DNA of 64,000 nt from Leptogorgia sarmentosa (GCA_964658305.1 OZ210885.1:17236001-17300000), one strand, 5' to 3'; counted from the stretch's first letter, positions 24,622-38,626 are shown. Numbers and translations are program-made. Notes: generated from the letters alone by a model not told the origin.

Positions 24622-26732
24622 ATGCTGCCTGTGCTCAACAACGTTAAGGTAAGCGAATTTATTTCGTTTTTACCTACGCTTATAAAGCACTTCACGGATC
24701 AGATTGCCTCCTTTCAGGCAGGCCGTATTGCCAAATTTTATGCGGAGTGGCAAAAAATAACTAGTGATCCAGAGATATTAGACATGGTTCGCGGCACACA
24801 TATTGAGTTTAGTACAATACCTGCACAATTCAGAGTTCCTCAACAATCATCTAAATTTACACAAGTGGAAGTTACGGTCATTGAAGCCGAAATATCTAGT
24901 TTGCTTAGTAAGGGTGTTATTGTCCATACTAATCACGAACCAAATGAATTTATTTCTCCGATATTTATTCGGCCTAAGAAAGATGGCACATCTAGGATGA
25001 TTCTCATGAACATGTTGAATACCGTCATTTTAAAATGGACACTTTAAAGGAAGTCATCAGGCTAATGAAACCGAACTGCTACATGAGCTCTATTGACCTT
25101 AAAGACGCATACTATTCTGTAACAATCGCCCTGTCACACCAGAAATACTTGAAGTTTATCTGGAACAATAACGTGTACTCTTTTACCTGCTTTCCTAACG
25201 GATTGGCGTTTTGTCCACACAAATTTACGAAATTGCTAAAGCCTGTTTATTCGGTGTTGCGACGTCTAGGTCACGCTTCGTCTGCTTATATTGACGATTC
25301 CTTTTTAATGGGAGATGACTATGAAATCTGTTCGGCTAATACTCTAGACACCATCCGCGTCTTGTACAGATTGGGGTTCCTTGTCCACCCTATAAAGTCC
25401 GTTCTTGTACCAGCACAACGGCTAACGTTCTTGGGATTTATTTTAGATTCTGTACAAATGCTCATTTATATGACTCCAGATAAGATTCAAAAGGTCGTCG
25501 AACTTTGCTCAAATTTACTCAGACAAGCATCCCCAACAGTTCGCTTTGTCTCTCAAGTACTTGGCTATATTATCTCAACGTTTCCAGGCGTTCTATTTGG
25601 CCCACTCCATTACAGGTGGCTTGAGCGTGACAAATCCCGAGCCCTTTCCCTAAACAACGGTGATTTTGACTCTTCAATGACATTGTCAGAACAAGCTAAA
25701 CAGGAGCTCTCGTGGTGGGTACAATCCGCCGCGACTAGTTATAACGTTGTAAGCCACGGAGAACCGAATATTTCACTAACAACTGATGCTTCTTTAACGG
25801 GTTGGGGTTGCGTGCTAGGGAAAACCCGAACTGGGGGTTCATGGAACTCCCAGGAAACAGTGCATCATATTGACTATTTAGAACTGCTAGCAGTGCATTT
25901 GTCACTAAAATCGTTTTCCTGTCAGGTAGTAGGTAAGCATGTTAAGATTATGACTGACAACATGACTGCTTTATCAGACATCAACAACATGGGAACTAGA
26001 AAAAATGAAGCCCGAAACCAACTTACGAAAGAGATTTGGCTCTGGTGTTACGAGCATGATGTCTGGCTTACAGCCGTTCACATTCCTGGAATAGATAATG
26101 TGGACGCTGATCGACAGTCTAGGCTATCCAACACAAGTGCAGAATGGGCACTTAATCAACACGTTTATAGGCAAGCGATTGCAAAGTTGGGAGTGTCTCC
26201 TAACATTGACCTTTTTGCCTCCAGATTAAATTTTCGAGTGAAACCGTTTGTTTCATATCAGCCGGATCCTGAAGCAATCACTGTTAACGCCTTCCATATC
26301 TCTTGGAAACCATACTTACCTTATCTTTTCCCACCATTTTGTTTAATATCTAGAGTTTTGCAAAAAATTCAGCAGGAGCGAACAACAGTGGTAGCTGTGG
26401 TTCCAAAGTGGCCGACGCAGACTTGGTGGCCTGGCTTGATCAATATGCTAATACAACCTCCGCTCGTCTTACCGAACACGAAGACAACGCTCTATCTACC
26501 AAGCGACCCAACAACAATCCATCCGCTGTATCCACGTTTGGAGCTTCTAGTTTGCCTCTTATCCGGCAATCCCTCCGAGCCCGAGGAATTTCAACTGACG
26601 CTGCCGACATTATCATCAGTGCTTGGCGACAGGGGACAGTCAAACAACATCGACCTCACCTCCGCAAGTGGGAATTATACTGTCATGAATGGAAGATTGA
26701 TCCACTACATGCATCTACAGCGGACGGAATAA
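24622..26732 (+). pseudogene. DIRS1 pol: RT, RNase H and adenine-methyltransferase-like domain, frameshifted near 25005
   Basis: SPIFIRPKKDGTSRMIL / HFKMDTL; IDLKDAY; YIDD; TDASLTGWG; ELLAV; TDN; HIPGIDNVDAD; IDLFASRLN; YLFPPF. Confidence 0.93.
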
Positions 26733-27522
26733 ACTTCTTGGCGGGTTTGTTTCATTCTGGAGCAGGCTACAGCACCATCACACTGCCCGCAGTGCACTTT
26801 CCTCTATCCAGCTGTCGTCAGGACCAACAACGTTTGGTGCAAATCCCCTTGTTTCAAGACTACTTAAAGGTGTTTCTGAGTTCCGGCCCGCTTTGCCAAA
26901 GTATGAAACAATCTGGGACATCTCCCTGGTCTTGGCACTCTTAGAGAAGTGGGAACTTGACAACATTTCTCTGAAAGATCTGTCGTTAAAACTTGCAATG
27001 TTATTAGCTCTTACTACTAGTCAGCGTGTTCAAACTCTTAAGTCGTTGTGTGTTGATAATGTCACACTAAACCCTTCTCGGTGTGTTTTTCTCATTAACA
27101 GTGTTCTAAAAACTACTAAGCCAGGCAAACATCTGACCAATATCCAGCTTGATGCTTTTGTTGAGAACAAGAACTTGTGTCCAGTGGAGCATTTAAAGCA
27201 GTACATCAGCAGCACATCGGCGCTTCGGGGGACCTACACACAGCTGTTTGTGAGTTATCAAAAGCCTCATCATCCTGTTTCAACCGACACGATTGCCCGC
27301 TGGATCAAAATGGTCATGTTTAAAGCCGGTATTGATACTAAAGTCTTCACAGCTCACAGTACCAGAGCTGCTTCAACGTCAGCTGCGCATCAGAAAGACA
27401 TCAGTATTGACAAAATCCTCGCCGCAGCTGGATGGTCTCGTGGAAGTACTTTCAGCCGCTTTTATAAAAAGCCCATTTCCAACATAAACTCCAGTAGTTA
27501 TGGCACGGAACTTGTTGCATAA
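26408..27522 (+). pseudogene. DIRS1 tyrosine recombinase, frameshifted near 26780
   Basis: AWRQGTVKQH; LALTTSQRVQTL (catalytic R); KT.KPG; AHSTR (HxxR); GW...FSRFY (catalytic Y). Overlaps the pol 3' end. Confidence 0.92.
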
Positions 27523-28259
27523 TTACAGTGTTTCTCATTTATGACTGAACAACGTAGTACTTTACGGGTAGTACATGTGTGTTTCTCGTGTTTGCAATAA
27601 AATACTTTCCTGATTCTATAGTGCATTCAGTATCATGACGCTTTGAAGTCTCACGTGACTCCTTAGCGACAATAACCAATCATGAAGTAGAATTATAAGT
27701 TAAACGAGACTTACCTTAAGTTGAAGTTTGACGGTAATTCTACGAAGTGTTTGGTTATGGAGCTAAGGAGTCAACCTTCCCTCCCGATGCACAACATTTT
27801 TGTTCACAATATGATCTTCATTCAAATACCTCTAATTTTTATCGCCCACCCTAGGTGTGTTGTCATGTTACTTCAGCTTTGAAGTGTGATCTGACTAGCT
27901 TCGCGCGCCTATCTCACGTGACTCCTTAGCTCCATAACCAAACACTTCGTAGAATTACCGTCAAACTTCAACTTAAGGTAAGTCTCGTTTAACTTATAAT
28001 TCTACAAAACTGAAAATTTTAGAACGAGGCCCACAAACTCCCCAAGCATCGGTAGCATGTACAAATCTTGACATGTCAATACACAATCTTGATGTATACA
28101 TGTGAATCTTGACATACATATTTAAATCTTGACATATATATTTTAATCTTGTTATATATATATACTGAATTTCGTTATATATATACCAAATCTTGATGTA
28201 TACATGTCAATCTTGATATGTATATATGAATGTTGATATATATAGAGATATATATATTA

Positions 28260-30030
28260 CAAATCATGATGTTTTGTCCCTTTTTAACAAGCATACATGT
28301 TCAAGAAAAATTCTTAATTTATGTGTTACTGGACTTAAAAGCATTGATAACACTGAATGGATATGTGGTACTTGCCACTCAAATCTAAAAATTGGTAAGC
28401 TTCGAAGTTGTGCAAAGGCTAATAAAATGACTTTCCCTAACAAGCCTGATGCTTTAAAGAATTTAACACCTCTTGAAGAAAGATTGATTTCACCAAGAAT
28501 ACCTTTTATGCAAGTACAAGAACTGCCTAGTGGAGGTCAATTGAGTATTCACAGGAATGTAGTGAACGTACCTGCCGATGTTAATTCAACTGTTAGCATC
28601 TTACCCAGACCAATTAATGAGTCAGAAACTATTCCAATTAAACTAAAGCGACGACTGAGTTACAAACACCATTATCAATTTCAGAATGTAAGACCAAGTA
28701 AAGTTTTAGAAGAAGCTAAATATTTAGTTCGAACTAGTGATATATTCAAAAACGAAGGAATACAAGTGTTAGATAATTATGTTACAAATCCACTTAAAAT
28801 AACGAAGAGTGGTCAGAATTTCTTGCCAAGAAAAACGAATTGCCAAATAATGTTAGTACTCAAGACAAAGCGGAAACTATGGCAAGCCAAACACGACAAA
28901 AGTATATCGAGAATATTTAATGCAAGTTGAGAATTATAACTGATGCACGAGAATGCAATGTAGTAATTGAGATTGATGAATAATTATTCAGAATATTATA
29001 CGATGGATGAAAACTTTATATTACGATGGAGAATTTAATCTCAAAACCACCAAAACTTATCAAACTGTACAACCATGGTCATTGCGCATGCCCCACAGGG
29101 CACCCACGCCCTATTTATTGTAGCAAACGTCGAGCTGATAATAATGAAGACTGGTGCCTTTTCATTATAGTACAATTTGTAAATGGGAATTGCGAAGCAG
29201 AGATAGAAGGGTTGCACAGTCGGTGCCAAACATATTTTACAAATTAAAGAAACTGCAGATGAAGCAAATCCAAGGAAGTGCAAGTTTATCGTTGCGTAAA
29301 CGTAAAACGAAAGGTAAAACTTACACAGCTGGAGACTTGAAGTCGTAAACTTCTGTTAATAAATTAATTAATCTAGATGAAGGCTTCAGAGTTTTCAGGA
29401 ATCTATGTGGTTCACCCCCATACTGAAAGATGTAAGAAAGATTTATTTGCAATGATTCGTCAACTTGGTAATCCGACCTGGTTCTGCTCATTCTCAGCTG
29501 CTGAAACGAGATGGATTCACTTGCTCAAAATTCTTTGCCGTCTTATTGACAATAAAGACTATACTGACGATGAAATCAAGGGAATGACTTGGCAGAAAAA
29601 GTCAGAATTGATACAGAAAGACCCAGTTTGAACACATGGTCCAATTATTTATTCAACATCATGTTGCTGATGTTGCGAGTGATTACAATGTAAAAGTAGC
29701 TGATATCAATATATTTGTAGTAATGACAATGAGTTGTATGAGATGCCAGGCTTTCAACTTTTCCGAAATGATTTTATGCAACATGGCAGAAGAACACAGT
29801 ATGGAACGGCTATTTAGGTAAAAGATACTATTCAATTAATCTCAGAACCTATAAGATGCAACCACAATCATGTAGAAATAACATTAGTCCAATTAAATCA
29901 ACCAGTAATTCATTTGCACATTGTAGGAATTTATCGCTATAAATTGAGAGTAAATATTTTTCTACTTTTATAAATGTTCCTAATACCCCTGTTATCATTC
30001 TTGGTGATTTTAATGTTAACCTATTTGAAA
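28260..30030 (+). pseudogene. Helentron (endonuclease-bearing Helitron) fragments
   Basis: WICGTCHSNL...LTPLEERLISPRIPFMQ...NVVNVPADV; KDLFAMIRQLGNPTWFCSFSAAETRW; and an AP-endonuclease remnant IVGIYR...PVIILGDFNVN at ~29850-30020. Confidence 0.82.
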
Positions 30031-31870
30031 ACGTGCCTGCATGCAGACCCTTAACCCAACGGTTAACCCTACTACATTGCCACTGGCAATCTGCAAAAAG
30101 CTTCAGCATATGCTTCAATACACGATGTTTATGATTCAGAGAAGAGGGACATTCTGGGCAAGGTATAAAATATGCTACTGTATATTGTATGTTATTTTTA
30201 AGAAAACATAATTATATTATACGGGACTTACAATATAATTGTTCACTTATAGTTAATTTCAGCTGGCAGTTCCAAAGACCTTCAACTTTGTTCTGTTCTG
30301 TAATTAACAGCTAAGTATAGGGAAATTATTAATAACAGTTTATGTAGGAAAACAGTATTCACTTTTGACAATTTATGTTATATGTTTTGTTGTATTATAG
30401 TATACCTACCTGTCATGTTTTAGGTGTAGTCTATTTTTAGACTTTTTGTATTATAATCCTAACCAAAATCTTAACCCAAAAACCGAATTCTCTCCTTAAT
30501 CGTCACCCCAATGCTAATATTAACCCCAATTCTAAAGTTGAAACAAGTTCTTGATGCTAACCCTAAATCCTTAAGTTCCAAAAATAGTAACATCCCTTAA
30601 ATCGTGATTTGTTTTCTATGTTGAGAGAAAAAATATATTGTATTCATAATTATTTATGTTTACTGGTCACTTGGAAGCATTCTGGTTACCATCTGCAGTG
30701 CCACCAAATAATGTGTAATTCCATTCGCATCTTCCAATGTCTGTATATGACTTTTAAGCCCGGTTTACACGACATCCGTTTTGGTCCGCGTACCCAAAAT
30801 ATTTTGGAACGGAACGCTTCATTTTTGTTGTGTGAAACGACATTGGCACGCGGACCAAATATTTTAAGCGGACCAAGACCATGTGTAAAAGTAGAAAAAA
30901 TCATGACGTTTCTCTTTCCCGCGTAAATTTCCATTTCAACATGGCGTCACGCGGGAAGCAGTGGAGTGAAATTGTGAGTGAAACTTTAATAGAATTGTGG
31001 GGAGAGGAAAATGTTCGAATAGCATTAAATAATGCAAAAACAAGTAAACATTCAAGTGCTATTTACAACAGTATTTGGGTGAGTGATATAAAATTTATAC
31101 AAGTTTTGTATTTCAGTCTGTATATGCACAATGACATTGAATCAACATTGTGCTATGTTGTTTGATATTTGACACTCTCATACGGTCATACCCCCTTTCA
31201 CACTGTACGTAGGTGGTGTGAACGTTACATCACCGCAACCATGTTGGATGACATTGACAAAGGATTTGGCTTGTTTGCAATGCAAATTTTATCTAACATG
31301 GCGAAAATCTCTGTCGTCGGAATTCCTGCATGGGAGTAGTTGCACATCACCTATGCCAGTACTGCTGATCAGTGCTAAATATTTGGGGTTTTTTTAGAAA
31401 CAACAAAAAGTTAATTAAGTGGTCATTAGAGTCATGTATCGTTTGCATCTCATTGGATAAGTGATCATTAAACTGCATTATGATATATATAATTTGACTT
31501 TATACTGTACATGAAAATTATGAATGTTATTTGTTTTCTAAATTAAGTAATATATTACTCACTATCTTCTTCAAAAATATAGATGCAACTAAAACAAAAG
31601 GGTATTAGAGAATACACCCTTAAGGAAGTAATCAACAAGATTAAAAAATTGAGACTCAAGTACAAAAGTGAGAAAGACAAAACTGGAAAATCTGGCAATG
31701 GAGCTGGAAGGAAGTCGAAATATTTTGATGCAATGGATCGGTTCCTTGCCCAAAGGCTATCAGTCACACCCCTGGCTGTCAATGACACATTTGCCCAGAA
31801 TGAAGATGCCCAGTAACACAAAAATGAGAGAAACTGATTGTGGTAATAAAACTAAAACATTTTTTTCAAC

Positions 31871-32005
31871 GTGTCTAATGAAATGACTTTAAATGACCTT
31901 TTAAACTAATTTGTGAAACTATTTATGTTATTGATCAATGTGTCTAATGAAATGACTTTAAATGCCCTTTTAAACTAATTCGTGAAACTATTTGTGTTAT
32001 TGATC
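31871..32005. repeat. Tandem duplication, 69-bp period
   Basis: gtgtctaatgaaatgactttaaatg...gttattgatc at 31871 and 31940. Confidence 0.85.
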
Positions 32006-32310
32006 TAGTTAATAGTATGGTTTCAAAATATGGAGAAGGGATAACAAGAACCCAAAAATGTAAATCCTGCGGTATGAGCAGGTTATTTATAGCTCCGGTG
32101 TGCACACCAGTGAAAATGGTTCAGTTAAGGTTTATGATGATGAAGATGCTTTTCATTGCCCACATTGTGATGAACATGATATACTTGAAGTGCAACAGGG
32201 AATTGAAAATGATGATCCATTCGACATGCTAGATGAAATAACTGAAAAAAATGAACCATTGGCAATTCAAAATGCAACTAAGGCCAATGGAACTGTAGAT
32301 TCTGTTTACT

Positions 32311-33210
32311 GATGCCGTGGCTTTTTCTACTAATGATCGATGACATTGACATCGCTAACACTGATATGTGGAAGTTTGTGGACGACACCACTATGTCCGA
32401 GTGTGTGGAGAGAGGCAATGCGAGCACCATCCAAAATGCAGTGACTGAGTTCTCAGATAAGGCTCACGCTAACAAGTTCCAATTGAACGAGGCAAAATGT
32501 AAAGAGCTCAGGATCTCATTTGCTAGGACCAATCCCCAATTCGATCCGGTGATGGTCAATGAAAAGCCATTGGAGATCGTTCAACACGCAAAGCTGCTGG
32601 GCCTGAATATATCGAGCGACTTAAAATGGAACTTCCATGTATCAGAAACAACCAAGAAGGCTGCACCTCGTTTCTATTTCCTGAGACAACTCAAAAGAGC
32701 AGCCATTCCAACTAAGGAACTTCTGAAATTTTATACTACCTGTATTTGCCCGATCTTTGAATATGCATGCCCAGTTTATCACAACTCGCTACCCAAGTAC
32801 CTATCAGACGACATTGAAAGGCTGCAGAAGAGAGCTCTAAAAATAATCTACCCTTGGTTGCCTTACACTGATTCCCTCGAAGAAAGCGATCTGCCGCGCC
32901 TCTTCGAACACAGGCAGCTCTTGACGTGCAAATTGTTTAATGAGATCACTCGAGATCAATCCCACAAACTCAGACCTCTACTACCATCTGAAAATAACTG
33001 TTCATACCAACTGAGACGTAAAAGGGAACTTAACGTTCCAAGGGCTAAAACTGATCGGTTTATGAATTCTTTTATTGTTAGTAATTGTAAATATTGTTAA
33101 TCATTAGGTTTCTTAAATTTTTATAACTGTAAAGTTTTAACACAATTCAGCCATTATCAGCTGTAAAGTTTTTAAAACTGAATAAATCATCTATCTATCT
33201 ATCTATCTAT
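32311..33210 (+). mobile_element. 5'-truncated non-LTR retrotransposon (CR1/L2/Rex-like group), RT C-terminus and 3' tail
   Basis: WKFVDDTT, LN.AKCKEL, KLLG...LKW, FEYACPVYH, IERLQKRAL, TDRFMNSF. AATAAA at 33181 then (tcta)n to 33210. Confidence 0.9.
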
Positions 33211-33235
33211 GATTTAAAAAGAAAATCTATACATA

Positions 33236-36200
33236 CTTCTTCAGTTGCAGTTTTGTATACCTCCTTAAATGACTTATAATGACCATCCCCTGCAGGCTGA
33301 GGGAATGGTAGTGTGCCAACCTCAATGCTTCTATTATCTCTCAGTGGCCTAAAAAACTAGTAAATGTTAATTAATCTTGCAGCGTAAGGATTATTTATTG
33401 CCTGGCTAGTCAACCCACCTGCAGATAGTGCATCCTGCTTTCCCACACTTCTTAATCTGGACACAATAGTGCCCCTGGATACAACAGTGGTTGAGGAATT
33501 TAGTCAAATTTTCCAGATTTTTGACATCCTTCATTGTAGTCTTCCCACGCTAAATCGAACAAGTTAAAGATGACAGAAAAAATTGTGTGATGTTGGCTAG
33601 AATAATAATTGGACATTGTTTGATGCTGCAACAATGTTTATGATCAAGTACCTGCAATCGGTTTTCTATCTCCAGACATCTATCCCACAAAGCCTGAATA
33701 TCTTCATCTGAGGCCAGAGAAAAGGTTTGAAAGGGTTTATCTTTTAGTTTCAACCGACCCATCTGGCTATGGAGCAGATCAATGGGGAAACTAAGGGATT
33801 CTTTTAGTTCGTCCTGGAGCTCAACTTCGGTGATCTTATCCCTTAATTCTTTGACACTTGAGGCTTTAGCTGCAGAGTACAATAGTGTATCAAAATGTTA
33901 GTATTAAACGGTGAAATTCTATATAGGCATTAATAACTTTTTACTTTTATAACATACCATTTTTCATTGCATAATTAATTTAAATGATATATAGAATACA
34001 GTATCATGACTTAAATTATATGTTTTTTAATAGAAACCTGCTTAAAATGAAATATACCTGTGCAGATATAGATGGACATTTAGAACCTTGTTACTCACCT
34101 ATAGCCTTTTCAAAGACCTCACTCATCTTATGACGCATTAGCCCAATGCCCTGAAGACCAGTGTTCACTATGTTCATGATTCTTTCCACTGGGTTGGCCC
34201 ATGAATTGCTGGGTGCAGTTCGAAGAGCAACCAAAACATCCAGATCAAGGTTGAGGAACAGGGAAATATATGCCAATTTGACAGACATATAAGTGCAACG
34301 ATGGTCAGGTCCTCCGTCAGTGTATATCAGAAGCACTGGTTGGGTATCTAAGATGAATGGTTAACCTTGTAGACCAACAATCTTCAACTTTTTAAATAAA
34401 TATAACCTATATGTACATACCTTCTCGAGACCTTAGGATGGTTTGTAGCTCAGTTGCATGTCTCAGGGGACTGGATGGCTGTAAAACGGAGTCCTTAAAG
34501 CCAATAAACACATCACCACGGTAGAAGCTAGAATTTATGTCTTCAGGGATATCAATCTGCAGAAACAGTAGACACAAAACAAGACAGATTGAGTAAACGT
34601 AAAATGGTAGATTTACTACGTACAGATTCTAAGAAGAGTGCACCAGTTTGCACTTTGCACAACTTTATACACAAAGTAAATCTTAACTTTATAGTAAGTA
34701 ATTTACAATTTAACTGAAGGTGTGAGTGTGCATTTGGTAAAATCATGGTCTCCAACTGCCATTACTTGGTTGGCACCAACAATTACTTGTTTTCCCCTCT
34801 CAGCTGCAGCAATCGGGTATGAAGGTTTGCCAACCTTAATCTTGTGTTTATCATCCATGCTTACAAGTGTGGCAATGGATCTGTGTTCAATAGCCATCTC
34901 TCTCAGGTATCGCCATGAAGCTGCGCAGTAATGGCATCTACATGATTCACACGCACCTGTTAAAGAAATATGATATTTGTGAGTGGTTATAGCTGCTAGA
35001 AAATTTCATCATTTGGTGATTTGGGTTAAAAATAAATTTTAAATCAGCTATTAGATGTTAAATTGTACAAGTACAGTGTACATACCTGTCTTTTTTGCAC
35101 CATCATCTTTATTTTCATGTTGCCCTTATAGTATTTAGCAGTGTTTGCTAAGGGATTGAGAGGTTGGAATTGGTAGCGGAACCATTTTGTTGATGGTATT
35201 GCTGTACCTACATGAATACATACATAACAGTTAATATATGTTAAATCACATTGGCATCATGGCATGTATTTTTTGTGAAAGGAAGAAAAGGGACTGGGTT
35301 ATTTTCTATAAAGAGCAACCATTGGGCGCATTTCCCACCTTTACCATCTAAGGAACTTGTTACGTTAAACATACCTTCCGGAACTCTTTCCTTTACTCTG
35401 TCATGGAGATCACGAATACTGACAGCCTTAGCAAGGTAAAGCTGTCCATGCCTCCTTTCTTGGCATGCAACCCCAACATCTTCTGCCAAATACTTTTCTG
35501 CTTCCTTGAAGAAAGCAGTAAAAGTATCACTCTTTCTTTCTTTGGGCTGGTGGCGCAAATCAGCCAGGATGTCAGGCTCCTCACACAGCAAAGCATATTG
35601 AAACCTGTCATCAACTTGCTTCTCTGTTAGAGATGTGGCAGCTGACTGATCACTTGTCAACGTGTGAAATATATTCCTCAGGGCAACACAACATTTTCTC
35701 TAATAAGACGCCAGATGATTCATTTGGCGGCAATTTCCAAATGAAGTGATAACTAGGCTTGTTACCACCAGTGTGATGTGTGTACAGAACACACTTGACT
35801 GAAAGTCCATTTGTCCTCAACAGTTCTATGATATCATAGATGCGTTTCCTATCCAAACCAGGTTTGAGAAACTGCCTCACTTGGATGGGTTGATAGTTAT
35901 CCGATTGTTTCATTTGATTATCCAAGCTCATAAGCATGGCACTAATGCTCCCACCCTTCACTGGCAACTCCTTGACCTTGGCTTCCCTTTCAAGTCGAGA
36001 TTCAATGCTTGGCACTGTCGACTGGGATAACAGAACCCTTTTGCTCTGCACCTTCCGCTTCAATATAAACGCCTCAACAACCTCCAACATTTGATGCAAC
36101 TCAATTTTTATCTGTGCCCAAGGCATCCGATCCATGCAGGGCAGTGCCTGAATAACTTCCCGAACATCAATGGACAACTTTGATAGCTTTTGCTCTGACA

Positions 36201-36900
36201 GATTTTCTAGCTTTCTCTTGCGATGTTTTGTTAGCTCTGGCTGGTTGAACCCAGAGAATTTCTTTATAAAGTCCTTGGGAAACTTTAGTTGTAAAGGCAA
36301 CTCATTTTCAATCTTTGGGTATTGCCCATCCAAGTACCATAGCAAGTCACCCAACTTGTCCACAAATGAGGTGGCTATGTCAATATTGGTTTCAGCAAAC
36401 TGACATTCCTTCTCTGCAAAGAAATTGAGAATGCTATTTTGAAGCTTTTCCCTCTGGTTTTTTGGATGCTCCACAGGTTTAAGTCTCTGTCCAGCAACAA
36501 CTTTGGCTGCAGACATCATGACCTCAAATGCACACATAGTAGGTCTTGGCGCTGGTGGCTGACATTCTTGACAATCTGCTTTATGTTTCACCATCAACGT
36601 AAAGAACTTCATATCAAAATTTCTTACAACATCAATCACATCTGTGTCGGCATTTCCATGAATTTCGTCAGTGGAGGTCATGCTCGATGTAACCCTGGCT
36701 TCAACTAGGTCATAATTCTTGCAAGGGATATTCAACCCATCACGAATTGATGGATACACCCCATTCATGAAATCTAGCCATATCTCTCCATATGTGTACT
36801 GAATTTTAGAATCTAATGGAACCAAGATAAACTTCCATGGTAGCAACACATTTTTTTTGTCAGCATCAGTTATTCGAAAGACACATTGCTTCCCCATCAT
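33236..36900 (-). pseudogene. Multi-exon Zator-like DDE transposase, 3' end lost
   Basis: SMDDKHKIKVG...DHDFTK.TLTPSV; IYTDGGPDHR; RTAPSNSWANPVERIM. Long N-terminal exon 35650-36900. Confidence 0.8.
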
Positions 36901-38626
36901 GAGAACTGTATTATTAATAAAATAGAAATATATGTATTTCAAATCAGACAAAAGCCTTCCTGAGTTTATTATGTGAATATTAAACATTTGTAATATCTTT
37001 AAACACCCTAGTTTCCAGGACATTGCATTCATATTCATAAAATCTGACCAGTGATCAAAATTGTGTTCGAATTCACACCATTATTGTTTTCGAATTTGCA
37101 CATGTCAAACTCGGAAATTTCCGAGTGCATACCGAACAAATGCCGACCGATCATCAGCGATGTACGCCTGTTTTTTTCGAAAATTTGATCTATATTTGAT
37201 TAATTTGAAAGTTTCGATGCATAGAATGAGAAAAATGAAAAATAATGAAAATAATTAAGAATATAAATGAAAAATTCGTGCGGTAGTTGTAAGCACATGC
37301 GGGCGGTGGATGGTAAACAGAATCTACAGTTCCATTGGCCTAAGAAAGGTATGAATTAATTAACTATTCCGTCACTTTCCTCAACTAATGTCTTGTAGCA
37401 TTTAACCAAATTATACACCATAGCTGGATGTCTCTAGAAGTGCACCAAACAAATAAACCATTAACCTGTGAATGCATGCCTTTCTTAGGAATGCTGTTAA
37501 ATACGTTATGGTGACTATAAATGCCACAATTTCCCACCAGACTCTTACTGAAGATTTCTGGGCTCTATATCTCAAATTAACCTTAAATGATATATTAATG
37601 AATGCAAAATTGTGTTTAAATGCAGATGAAGAGAAAGAAATACAAGGTTCCAATACACAGAAACCCAGTTTGGAAAATGATAAAACATCTGCAAATGACA
37701 CAAAAAGTGTCAACAGGAAAAAGCGAAAGTCCAATGTAGAGAAATCGCTCGAAGTTGTTATGAAGAAATTCCAAGAATCCTCAGATGAAGACTTTAAGAG
37801 GTGAATTGTTGTAAAGCGATTGCTTGTTATCGTCAGTTGTTTTTTCATTACTTGATTTTCACATTATTTTAGCAATATTATGTAGTTTTGATTATTGAAA
37901 TTTCTCTGATTTTTTAAGTAAAACATTCACGTACTTGTCTCGATTTTCACTGATAATCACTCTGCCTTGGGCAACTTAAGGCCAAGTAAAACGAGGATGA
38001 AACACTCCTCGCTAGCAAGTATGTCGATCCACCTTAATTAAACCTGAAAAATTGCGCCCTCAAAATAGTGAAATATTTTACACATTCCAGGTGGCAAAAG
38101 AGAGAACACAAATTCCGTCTTCAACAACTTGCCTTGGAAAATGAAAGAAGAAGAGAAGACAGAGAGCACGAGCTTACTGTTTTACGAATGTTAACTTCCT
38201 CTGGGCTAAATGTGCAACCTGCTCCAACATATTCCAACACAGAGAGTATCATAACTAACCAATCAAGCTTGACATACTTCAAATTATGAACTCTAACAAG
38301 CTTCCTTTGCTTTAAGTTTCAGATAAAGTACAAACTGTTGCTTGATCGAACAGTTGATCTAATGAACAGATCTAATGCTAGTACTGGAATGAGTTTTCTT
38401 CAGAAAATACCAAAGTAATCGGTCTTTTTGTTTAAATGCTGCCATACTTTATACGAGTTAAAATTTTCCCGCAAAAATATTGGTGTTTCGAAATTCGCTA
38501 GATGGTAATGGTTGCTTTAGAATACTGCTGAATTTACGAACGCGGCTTCAAATATGCCACAGAGAACGGCGAGAAGGTAGTCTCAGTCCGCTTAAAATAT
38601 TTGGTCCGCGTGCCAATGTCGTTTTT

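Larger units (their letters stand above)
23362..28001 (+). mobile_element. DIRS1-type tyrosine-recombinase retrotransposon, structurally complete
   Basis: Left ITR ~23362-23430. Internal complementary region ~27650-27773, complementary to both termini. Right ITR plus extension ~27885-28001. gag, RT/RH/MT and YR ORFs lie inside. Confidence 0.95.
32282..37340 (-). mobile_element. Zator-type DNA transposon
   Basis: Perfect 28-bp TIR GGCCAATGGAACTGTAGATTCTGTTTAC (32282-32309 / 37313-37340). TAA TSD at 32279-32281 and 37341-37343. Transposase inside. Confidence 0.85.
30941..38289 (+). pseudogene. Myb/SANT-like DNA-binding protein gene (Harbinger ORF2 type), split by a Zator insertion
   Basis: Exons ~30941-31079 (KQWSE...LIELWGEE), 31583-31815 (NKIKKLRLKYK...YFDAMDRFL), 32093-32281 plus 37344-37348, 37627-37800, and 38092-38289 (ERRREDREHEL...YFKL*). 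GT-AG junctions. Confidence 0.75.
30757..38624 (+). mobile_element. PIF/Harbinger-like element retaining only the Myb/SANT gene; right terminus partly deleted
   Basis: Left end tta-AGCCCGGTTTACAC. 30835-30873 is a perfect 39-bp inverted match to 38586-38624. Confidence 0.75.

Noticed and set aside
26200..26420. Bacterial DNA adenine methyltransferase or horizontal transfer
   Set aside because: The DLFAS...FPPF domain is the standard MT-like domain of DIRS1 pol.
28060..28260. AT-rich aatcttgacatata repeats as a separate element
   Set aside because: Resembles subterminal repeats of a DNA transposon, but no termini or TSD could be defined.
30686..30934. Shared peptide TTLARGPNILSG in ORFs 30609..30926 and 38548..38871
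   Set aside because: Translation of the Harbinger inverted repeat, not a protein domain.
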